From Bacillales bacterium UBA784 (GTDB taxonomy: Bacteria > Bacillota_I > Bacilli_A > RFN20 > CAG-288), in contig DBJE01000013.1 in the NCBI GenBank assembly GCA_002297045.1, forward strand, positions 127,791 through 191,790: DNA of 64,000 bases. The letters run 5' to 3'. Shown in pieces: positions 49,712-57,403 of this stretch. Below the pieces are notes generated by a model. The model saw only the letters and a list, made by a program, of their open reading frames with translations. It ran no database searches and had not been told where the DNA came from. The first letter of the stretch is position 1; each line of letters opens with the position of its first letter. The position numbers and the translations under genes are program-made.

Positions 49712-51088
49712 ATGATTAATGACTTTTTAAAGGAAACCCTGGACAAAAGGAAGGACTCGTTAAAGAGTTCTTCTTTTCTTGAATCCATTAAAAACGGTTC
49801 TATTCCTCTTTCGGTCATTTTCACGAAAGTCGAACTGGAAAGCCGTCTTGATGATATCGCCCTTTGTCTCGAGAGAATTTTAGGAATTGCCACAAAACCC
49901 CATTTTCAGTCCAGTACACAAGAGGTCATTAAGCTTAGTGAGACGACCTCCAGTATTTCCTCAAACCAGTTCAGGAAGACTAGGCAGCATCCCGCCCTTT
50001 GGAAGCAGAACGATAGCGGGAGTTATCCAGAGAAGGTCTATACTTCGGAAAAGACAGAGACAATCAATATTTACGAGAACCGCTTCATCATTCTTCTCCT
50101 GTCAAAGATTGTTGATGAGGTGTCTCTCATTTCCCAGGAATATGTTTCCCATCATCCCACCCTTATTTCAAATACTTCCTCCAAGTGCCTTACCTTTGAG
50201 GGGCCTGGCCCGTTTAACTCTTTTGACTTCCTGAAATTTCCCTATGAATTCAAGGTGTCTGCTCCAAACGAAGATGACAAGCTTGAAAACAGGTTCCTGA
50301 AAGTCAAAGGTAGGATTTCGGTCATTAAGCAGACTGACTTCTATTGTTCTTTATCTAAGCTCCCTCCGATAGACTTCATCAGTCCGACCAATATTCTGAT
50401 TCATGAGATTTCCTACAATTACTGCTATAAATTCTACATTAAGAACTTCCTGAACAAGTCGGAAGACAGGAACACGCTCTACTATAATTTCGTCATTCTG
50501 ACTCTGCTTAGTGTCCTTCCATTCCCTCTAGAGGATAAGAGAGCCCATTTAAGAATCGATGAATACAGCCGTTTACGTTTTGATCCTTCCCGGATCAAGA
50601 TTGGAAATGTAGTTCTCCGTCTCTATGAGGACGTTCCTGATCTTGGCTTCGTCCTAGAAACGAGGATAACGGATGATCAGGAGAACGTCCTTGATTCTTC
50701 CTCCTACTATCTATTGACGACGGAGAATTACAACGAGGACAACTCTCCTCTTATCCAGGAAGCCCTGAAGAAGAAACTAGGGCAATATACGGATGCTTTT
50801 GTCGTCACTTTGAACAACACGACAAGTGAATTAGACCATATACTCAACATCAAGTTCTCCAACGATAAATTCAAGTCCATATGGGAGAATTTTGCTAAGC
50901 AGATGACCTTTTTCGTCGATTTGCATGGCGACTCCTACTATTTGAACAACTGCCCAGTCTGCGGAAGTGATCTTATTGTCCACAAGGATAATGACGCATT
51001 CTGTGACAATTGTAAGAGCCATTTCCATCTTGCAAAAGTCAACGGAAAAGAAGTCCTGTGGATTAATTCTGTGTTGCGAAAGGAATAA
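49712..51088 (+). CDS. McrC/DUF2357-like partner protein with a C-terminal Zn-ribbon and no recognisable PD-(D/E)xK nuclease
   Basis: Starts 2 nt after the McrB-like stop. NIYENRFIILLLSKIV (YENR at 50072-50083) resembles the McrC N-domain motif (E. coli McrC NEDTLANRIIKSTLAIL). C-terminal CPVC...CDNC (50951-51013). Confidence 0.6.
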   Translation: MINDFLKETLDKRKDSLKSSSFLESIKNGSIPLSVIFTKVELESRLDDIALCLERILGIATKPHFQSSTQEVIKLSETTSSISSNQFRKTRQHPALWKQNDSGSYPEKVYTSEKTETINIYENRFIILLLSKIVDEVSLISQEYVSHHPTLISNTSSKCLTFEGPGPFNSFDFLKFPYEFKVSAPNEDDKLENRFLKVKGRISVIKQTDFYCSLSKLPPIDFISPTNILIHEISYNYCYKFYIKNFLNKSEDRNTLYYNFVILTLLSVLPFPLEDKRAHLRIDEYSRLRFDPSRIKIGNVVLRLYEDVPDLGFVLETRITDDQENVLDSSSYYLLTTENYNEDNSPLIQEALKKKLGQYTDAFVVTLNNTTSELDHILNIKFSNDKFKSIWENFAKQMTFFVDLHGDSYYLNNCPVCGSDLIVHKDNDAFCDNCKSHFHLAKVNGKEVLWINSVLRKE

Positions 51089-51125
51089 GATTCTTCTCCT
51101 CACTCTTGGTTTTGATCTTTTTTAA

Positions 51126-51163
51126 AAGGGTTTCCTTTCTTTTATGGGAAGCCCTTTTGTTTT
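51126..51163 (+). terminator. Terminator after the McrBC-like pair
   Basis: AAGGGTTTCC / GGAAGCCCTT stem (one mismatch) followed by TTTTGTTTT. Confidence 0.75.
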
Positions 51164-51317
51164 CATCCTTTTGATCTGTTTTCCATCTGTCTCTGCTATC
51201 TCCAGCCGAGTCCAGAAGCGGAGGAAGAATTTCCTGCAAGGTCGAAACCAAAAATGAAAGTTCTTCCTCATCCGTGACGGATGAAGTGTTCCGCGAACTA
51301 GTTGGTAGATGGTGACA

Positions 51318-51350
51318 ACAAAAATGCCTTGGGTTTATCGCCCAAGGCAT
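51318..51350 (-). terminator. Terminator after the small membrane-protein gene
   Basis: Perfect 10-bp stem ATGCCTTGGG / CCCAAGGCAT (51324-51350) followed on the minus strand by TTTTTGTTGT. Confidence 0.8.
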
Positions 51351-51487
51351 CAACGAAAATCAAGTGCTGATTCCGACCTACTCAGATTAGGCCTTTAATC
51401 AGTCTGCCTGCTTTAAGAATCAATCAAAACCAAATCAAGAAAGTTGTGGACACAATAAGTGTTCTCGCTCTCCCCTTAATTTTCGTT

Positions 51488-51694
51488 TTATTGGTTGTCG
51501 ACGAGTAATAGAATCCCAGCAATAAGATTCAGAAAAAGTAAGACGCAGACATTAAACCCAGTGGACAATTCTTTCTCGCCTTTGTATGCCTTATAGACAC
51601 TGACAGTCATAGGAATGCACCAGATTAGTGGAATCAATAACCAACCTATCGCAATTGTCGACAGAACACATAAGATAAATGCTGCTAGTTTCAT
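51488..51694 (-). CDS. Hypothetical small membrane protein (2 TM)
   Basis: 68 aa: MKLAAFILCVLSTIAIGWLLIPLIWCIP...VCVLLFLNLIAGILLL. AAGGGGG RBS 7 nt before the ATG. Has its own promoter and terminator. Confidence 0.6.
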   Translation of the reverse strand: MKLAAFILCVLSTIAIGWLLIPLIWCIPMTVSVYKAYKGEKELSTGFNVCVLLFLNLIAGILLLVDNQ

Positions 51695-51717
51695 TGAGAA
51701 ACCCCCTTTTCCAGTTC

Positions 51718-51744
51718 ATTTTACCCCCCCCCGCAAAAAGTCAA
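51718..51744 (-). promoter_or_regulatory. Sigma-70-type promoter with a G9 homopolymer in the spacer
   Basis: The minus strand reads TTGACT (51744-51739), then TTTTGC + G9 (the tract is C9 on plus, 51724-51732), then TAAAAT (51723-51718). The spacer is 15 nt. The -10 lies 23 nt upstream of ATG 51694. Confidence 0.6.
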
Positions 51745-52600
51745 GAAAAACATAATAATTCTTTCTTTAAATTGATAGAACATAGAACTTTCTGCCAAAA
51801 ACTTTGTGCTTAAAGGATGGTTTTCTAAAAAAGAATAAACGACAGCCTCCCGATTTCCGTGTGCAGTCGAAACTTTCGGTTATATCGGATGGCTTCCTAA
51901 ATTAGCAATAAGCCAATCTATCTGATTTTCCCTTTGACAAATGTAGGAATTTCCGCAAAGGCCCGATTTATATGCACCAAGGACCTATTTGTCGATTTCC
52001 GTACTTTGGATTTGGCGGCCTTGTAGCTATTTACAGATAAGCTCGGCTTTGGAGGACTGCCGAAAACGGCCTCCTTGCTTAACGACATGTGCATGATGGG
52101 ACTGAAGAAGCTCAGGGGCTGGATTTATCTGCACTGTCATTCTGGGAGTAGAAAGACGGTAGAAGACTTGTGGATACGCCGCAGATTCCTGCTTTCGTTG
52201 GCTGTAGCAGATTCCGTTACGTTGTTATCCGCGGCTAGGAACATCTCGGCAACGCCTCCCTACATGCATATGGGGGTGGAGGTGAACGCATTATCAGCAT
52301 GGGGTATATCCATCCCCGATTCAATCAAAATGCTTTGCTTGTGGAAAACGCGGATTTTCTCGGCTCACCTATGGAAGACACAGAAAAGACGAAAGCTTTG
52401 TGGCAACAAGGAACGCTTTTGATTATCCTTTTCAAAAGAACATATATATGTGCAAAAAAATGGAAAGAGTTAAATGAATGAGAAGAAACTATTTGTATTG
52501 TGTGAAAGAAATTCAACGGAAAACTCAAGAGAAGATATAGGTTTTTGAAGAAAGAAAAAGAACCCGCACGATATCACGTACGAGTTCGAATTATAGTCAA

Positions 52601-52677
52601 TGGTGACCCCAAAGGGATTCGGACCCTTGAATCCAGCCTTGAGAGGGCTGTGACTTAAACCGCTTGTCGATGGGGCC
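52601..52677 (-). tRNA. tRNA-Glu (anticodon CUC), CCA encoded, atypical T-loop
   Basis: Reverse complement GGCCCCA-TC-GAC-AAGCGGTTTAA-GTC-A-CAGCC-CTCTCAA-GGCTG-GATTC-AAGGG-TCCGAAT-CCCTT-TGGGGTC-A-CCA. Closely resembles Bacillus tRNA-Glu, but position 55 is C rather than the near-universal U. Confidence 0.8.
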
Positions 52678-52964
52678 AGGAACAAAGCCTATTTACTATA
52701 CAGGTTTTCATTTCGTTTATCAAGATGAAAAATGACGAGAAACACAACTTTGCATATAATTTTGCTTATGATGATAAAGACAAGTAAGCCTTGTAAAAAG
52801 TATTTAGTGTAGTATATAATTACCTTTGCGCCATAGTGCGTTATAACCATAGGTGCGGATCTTGCCGACTAGTCCTCTATGTCCATTATTGGTCAACCAC
52901 AAAGCGGGACATATTGGGTTGGCATCTTGAAACATCTAGAAGTTCAACAAAAAGGAGGCTCAAA

Positions 52965-54047
52965 ATGAGCGAAGAAGAGAAGAAAGTCGAAGTTGCTCCG
53001 GCCGAAGCCGAAGCCAATGTCAGGCAGAGCATTGAACATAAGCCTGATGACCCGGTCGTTTCCCCTAAGGCACTGCTTGCCGCAGGATGCCATTTCGGAC
53101 ACCGTGTTTCCCGTTGGAATCCGAAGAGGAGCAAGTATATCTACGGGAAGCGTAACAACCTTCATCTTATCGATTTGAACAAATCTGCTGCTCAGAGGCA
53201 GGTTGCCTACCAGGCCTTAAAGGATATTGTTTCCAAAGGCGGAAAGGTTCTCTTTGTCGGAACTAAGGCGTATGCCCAGAAGGCTATCACCGAGGAAGCC
53301 ATCCGTTCCGGTTCCTTCTATGTTGCTAAGCGTTGGCTTGGCGGCACCCTCACCAACTTCCATACTATTTTAAAACGTATCGGATTACTTCGTACGATCG
53401 AGCAGGAAGAATTATCCGGCGAATTAGAGAAACTTCCGAAGAAGGAAGCTGCCGAACGTCTTAAACTGAAAGCTAAATTATCCGCTAATCTGGAAGGCAT
53501 CAAGGAAATCCGCAAGCTTCCGGAAGCTGTTGTCATTGTCGATCCGAAGACTGAACATAATGCCGTTGCTGAGGCCCGTCTCCTCCACATCCCTGTTTTT
53601 GCCTTAGGCGATACCAACACTGATCCCGATTTAATCGACTACCTTGTTCCGGCAAACGATGATGGGGAAGCTTCCATTCGTTTGATTGTCGGCTTATTTG
53701 CCGATGCCGTTGTCGAAGGAAAAGGCGGCGAGCCGGTCTATGCCTATAAGGATGCTGATGCTGCTGCCCAGACGAGGGCTGACAGGCTCAAAGGTGTTGA
53801 CCAGACCGAGCAGATTAAGTCTATCCGTGCCAAGCTCCGTGATGATGCTATCGCAAGGCGTAAGAACGGAAAACGTAATGCCCGTAAACGTTTCATCAAG
53901 AAGAACTTCCATCGCTTCGGTGATCAGAATAAGCCGGAAGGGGAGAATAAGCCGGCTGCCGATGGAGCTGCTAAGCCCTCTGATGCTGCTGCCGAGACCC
54001 CTGCTGCTCCTGCTACCAATGCTGAGAACAACGGAGAAGCCAAGTAA
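52965..54047 (+). CDS. rpsB: 30S ribosomal protein S2 with N- and C-terminal extensions
   Basis: AAGGAGG RBS plus ATG 52965 (track start 52836 rejected). HFGH..S-WNPK-(AGG)-SKYIYGKRNNLHLIDL and other S2 motifs. ~100-aa Ala/Lys/Pro-rich C-terminal tail. Confidence 0.92.
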   Translation: MSEEEKKVEVAPAEAEANVRQSIEHKPDDPVVSPKALLAAGCHFGHRVSRWNPKRSKYIYGKRNNLHLIDLNKSAAQRQVAYQALKDIVSKGGKVLFVGTKAYAQKAITEEAIRSGSFYVAKRWLGGTLTNFHTILKRIGLLRTIEQEELSGELEKLPKKEAAERLKLKAKLSANLEGIKEIRKLPEAVVIVDPKTEHNAVAEARLLHIPVFALGDTNTDPDLIDYLVPANDDGEASIRLIVGLFADAVVEGKGGEPVYAYKDADAAAQTRADRLKGVDQTEQIKSIRAKLRDDAIARRKNGKRNARKRFIKKNFHRFGDQNKPEGENKPAADGAAKPSDAAAETPAAPATNAENNGEAK

Positions 54048-54946
54048 TGTCTGAGAGGATTGAATTAATCAAGCAGCTCCGTGAACGTACCGGAGCTGGA
54101 CTAAGGGACTGCAAGAAGGCTCTTCTTGCCAACGGAAACGACATCGATAAGTCAATCGATTGGCTCCGTGAGAAGGGTATTGCCAAACAGGCAAAGAAGG
54201 CTGCAACCCGTATTGCCGCAGAAGGTGTCGCTTGGTTAAGGACGGAAGGAAACAAAGCTGCCAGGATTGAAGTCAATTCCGAAACTGACTTCGTTGCCAA
54301 TTCTGATCCTTTCCGTGCCTTGGTCAAAACCATCAATACTCTTGTCCTTAAATACAGGCCGAAGACTGTCGAAGAAGCCAAAGAGCTGAAAGACGAGAAC
54401 GGCAAGAGCATTGCCGACCTCTTTGTCGATGCCGGCGTCAAGCTTGGAGAAAAGCTTGATTTCCGTCGTCTTGTCACTGTCGAAAAGGGTGCTGATGAAG
54501 TCTTTGGCCCCTATATCCATAGGAACGGAAAGATTGCCACCCTTGTCGTCTTAAAGGGCGGAAATGCTGAAGTGGCCAATAACATCGCTCTTAATGTCTG
54601 CTCCAATAATCCTTCTTATCTACATGAAAACGACATTCCCGAAGAAGTCATCAACAAGGAAATGCAGATTCAGCTCGAAGCGAGCGAACAGGATCCGAAG
54701 TTTGCCAGCAAGCCTGAGGCAATCAAACATAAGATTGTCCGCGGACGTGTTGAAAAGACTCTCTTTGAGTCCGTTCTTGATGATGAACCTCTTGTCACCG
54801 ATGATCAGAAGACCGTTGCCCAGTATTTAAAGGAGAATGGTGCTTCCCTTGTCTCCGCTTATCGTTATGCTGTCGGCGAAGGCATTGAAAAACGGCAGGA
54901 TGATTTTGCTGCCGAAGTTGCTGCCCAGGCGGGCGGAAGCAAGTAG
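54047..54946 (+). CDS. tsf: Elongation factor Ts
   Basis: LRERTGAGL-(AGG)-DCKKAL, WLREKGIAKQAKKA, EVNSETDFVA. Confidence 0.95.
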   Translation: MSERIELIKQLRERTGAGLRDCKKALLANGNDIDKSIDWLREKGIAKQAKKAATRIAAEGVAWLRTEGNKAARIEVNSETDFVANSDPFRALVKTINTLVLKYRPKTVEEAKELKDENGKSIADLFVDAGVKLGEKLDFRRLVTVEKGADEVFGPYIHRNGKIATLVVLKGGNAEVANNIALNVCSNNPSYLHENDIPEEVINKEMQIQLEASEQDPKFASKPEAIKHKIVRGRVEKTLFESVLDDEPLVTDDQKTVAQYLKENGASLVSAYRYAVGEGIEKRQDDFAAEVAAQAGGSK

Positions 54947-54962
54947 TTTCTCTTGCTGATAT

Positions 54963-54988
54963 GGCACTCCGTAAGGGGTGCCTTTTTT
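54963..54988 (+). terminator. Terminator after tsf
   Basis: GGCACTCC-GTAA-GGGGTGCC hairpin followed by T6. Confidence 0.85.
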
Positions 54989-55016
54989 GATACAATAGAA
55001 GAAGGAGATAAATGAA

Positions 55017-55733
55017 ATGCCAAAGTATAAACGTATCCTGCTGAAGATTTCCGGTGAAGCCTTGAAAGGCAAGGGAGATATCTATGATAAGGAATATCTT
55101 GAATCGGTCTACAAGATTGTTTCCCAGATTGCTTCTGCCGGGACAGAGGTCTGCCTTGTTGTCGGCGGAGGGAATATCTGGCGTGGAAGAGAGGCCGAAT
55201 CCTTAGGAATAGAAAAGACAACCGGAGATTATAGGGGAAGGTTGGCTACAATCAGGAACGCCATGTGCCTGCAGTCTTTTTTTGAAAACCGGGGGCTTGT
55301 CACCCGTGTCATGAGCTCGATTCCGGTTGCCCAATGCTGTGAACCCTACATCCGCCGAAGAGCCTTGCGCCATTTGGAAAAAGGCCGCGTAGTTATCTTT
55401 GCCGGCGGAATCGGGTCTCCTTTCTTTACCACGGACACCTGTGCCGCGCTGCGGGCAAAGGAGAGGAACTGCGATGGTATCTTTAGGGGAAAGAATGGCG
55501 TGGAAGGGGTCTATGACGATGATCCGAGAACGAACAAGAATGCTAAGCTAATCAAAAAAATCAGTTATGCCCAGCTTCTTAGCGAGAACCTTAAGGTCAG
55601 GGATAATACCGCTGTCGGTCTTCTCCTTGACTCTTCGGTCGATGTCCGCGTGTTCAATAGGAATGATCCGGAGAATGCCGTCCGGGTCCTCAACGGAGAA
55701 GATATCGGTACTATTGTGACTAACAGAAAATAG
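55017..55733 (+). CDS. pyrH: UMP kinase
   Basis: KRILLKISGEAL, VVGGGNIWRG, DY-(AGG)-G-(AGG)-LATI-(AGG)-NA, FAGGIGSPFFTTD. Confidence 0.95.
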   Translation: MPKYKRILLKISGEALKGKGDIYDKEYLESVYKIVSQIASAGTEVCLVVGGGNIWRGREAESLGIEKTTGDYRGRLATIRNAMCLQSFFENRGLVTRVMSSIPVAQCCEPYIRRRALRHLEKGRVVIFAGGIGSPFFTTDTCAALRAKERNCDGIFRGKNGVEGVYDDDPRTNKNAKLIKKISYAQLLSENLKVRDNTAVGLLLDSSVDVRVFNRNDPENAVRVLNGEDIGTIVTNRK

Positions 55734-55820
55734 CCCATTCTTTCTCTGCTGCTCTTTTATCCTTATGTGTTTTCTTGTAGAATAGTGAAAGAATAATCTT
55801 CTATGGAAGGAGGAGATTTT

Positions 55821-56363
55821 ATGTCTACTATTGATGCTTATACGAAAAAGATGGACCAGTCCATCGCTTCTTTGAAGGAAACCTTTGGTACCCTTCGTGC
55901 CGGCCGTGTCTCTGCTGCCCTGCTTGACAACGTGAAAGTCGATCTCTATGGTGAGAGGTCTCCTATCAAATATGGTGCAACGATTTCCGTCCTTTCGCCG
56001 ACAGACTTACAGGTCCGTCCTTTCGATGCTTCCACCCTTAAGAACAGGGTTGGCGGAATTAATAAGGCCGATCTTGGATGCACGGTTGCCCAGAACGGCA
56101 ATGCCATCATCTTAAAATTCCCGGCACCGAGTGAGGAACGCCGCCAGGATCTCATCCGTCAGGCAAAGAAGTGTGCCGAGGAAGGAAAGGTTGCCGTCCG
56201 TAATATCCGCCGGGATGCAAACAATGACATCAAGAAGGATAAAGACCTTTCCGAAGACAGGCGGGATAACAGGCTTGACGATATCCAGAAAGCCACGGAT
56301 AAGCATATCGACGAAATCGAAAAGCTTCTTTCTGCAAAGGTAAAGGATATCGAGACTATCTAA
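55821..56363 (+). CDS. frr: Ribosome recycling factor
   Basis: LRAGRVSAALLD..KVD.YG, RNIRRDANNDIKK. ATG 55821 follows GGAAGGAGGAG and is preferred over track start 55803. Confidence 0.92.
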   Translation: MSTIDAYTKKMDQSIASLKETFGTLRAGRVSAALLDNVKVDLYGERSPIKYGATISVLSPTDLQVRPFDASTLKNRVGGINKADLGCTVAQNGNAIILKFPAPSEERRQDLIRQAKKCAEEGKVAVRNIRRDANNDIKKDKDLSEDRRDNRLDDIQKATDKHIDEIEKLLSAKVKDIETI

Positions 56364-57403
56364 TGGCCAATCCGCTTTCCGAAAAGAATAAGGCTTCCAG
56401 GCTGACACGGACAATTTCCGGTATTGTTTTTGTCTGCCTTCTCATGCCGGCCGTTGCTCTTGGGGGATGGTTCTACTTTCTGCTCATTCTTTTCTTTGTC
56501 ACTGTTGCCTGCCATGAGAGGCTGGAGGCTCCTGGGAAAGGACGGTTTCCTCTTTACACAAAGCTAATCGTCTATTTCTTTAGGTATCTTTTTGCCTTAG
56601 GCGGACTGATCAAGTCCTGGGCTAGTGGGAATAACCCCTTTACGGATCCTTGGTACGGCTTTGCGGTTGACACTCTTTTCGTATCCTTGTTCGGCCTGAT
56701 TGCCTTCCTTCTGATTCTTTTTACCATCTCCATCTTCTCCCGGAAGGTTTCCCTTAATGATGTCACCTATCTTTTTTCCATGACCTTCCTCATCGGATTC
56801 GGTTTTCAGTGCATCTATTTTCTCCGGTTCTTTGGAAGGTCTGACCAGTTCAAAGAATACTATCTTTTACATCCTAAGCTTGATCAGCGCTGGTCAACCT
56901 GCTATTTAAGGGTCTTTACGGCGGTAGGAACCTGGATTGGCGATGTCGGAGCCTATTTTACCGGCAGGCTGTTCGGCAAGCATAAAAGGAACCCCCGTGT
57001 CTCTCCGAATAAGACCTGGGAAGGCTTCTTTGGCGGAGCCCTTTTCTCCATGGGATTTACCCTTGCCCTTGCCGCATTCTTTGAATTTGTCCCCTTCTTT
57101 TCCTCGCCTCTTCTTCCTGGGCTCAGGCAGTTTGGTTATTCTGAGACACTAAAGATACTTGGCCTTTTCTCCGGACAGGCATGGCTTTTGCTTGTCTTTG
57201 CCAGCCTGCTTTCCCCGGTAATCGGAAATATCGGAGGATTCCTCTTTTCTTTGATTAAGCGGACTGTCGGAATCAAGGACTTTGGCAAGATTAGGCCTGG
57301 CCATGGCGGAATCATCGATCGCTTTGATTCCCTTCTGACTAACGCAGCAATCATGTCTCTTTTCGTTCTTGCCCTGTCTCAGGGGTTTAAAGTCCTTCTA
57401 TGA
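56363..57403 (+). CDS. cdsA: Phosphatidate cytidylyltransferase, with a long N-terminal membrane extension
   Basis: GDVGAYFTGRLFGKHK.NP.VSPNKTWEGFFGG and GHGGIIDRFDS. TGA stop within an ATGA overlap with dxr (57400-57403). Confidence 0.9.
   Translation: MANPLSEKNKASRLTRTISGIVFVCLLMPAVALGGWFYFLLILFFVTVACHERLEAPGKGRFPLYTKLIVYFFRYLFALGGLIKSWASGNNPFTDPWYGFAVDTLFVSLFGLIAFLLILFTISIFSRKVSLNDVTYLFSMTFLIGFGFQCIYFLRFFGRSDQFKEYYLLHPKLDQRWSTCYLRVFTAVGTWIGDVGAYFTGRLFGKHKRNPRVSPNKTWEGFFGGALFSMGFTLALAAFFEFVPFFSSPLLPGLRQFGYSETLKILGLFSGQAWLLLVFASLLSPVIGNIGGFLFSLIKRTVGIKDFGKIRPGHGGIIDRFDSLLTNAAIMSLFVLALSQGFKVLL

Noticed and set aside
51063-51353. 96-aa minus-strand ORF between the McrC-like gene and the small membrane gene
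   Set aside because: It spans two intrinsic terminators of opposite polarity and overlaps the McrC-like 3' end. It has no RBS and an unusual composition, so it is judged non-coding.
52836-52964. 43-codon N-terminal extension of the rpsB ORF in the track
   Set aside because: It has a non-ATG start, no RBS, and Cys/His/Trp-rich non-S2 sequence. A strong AAGGAGG-N6-ATG at 52965 gives a sensible start.
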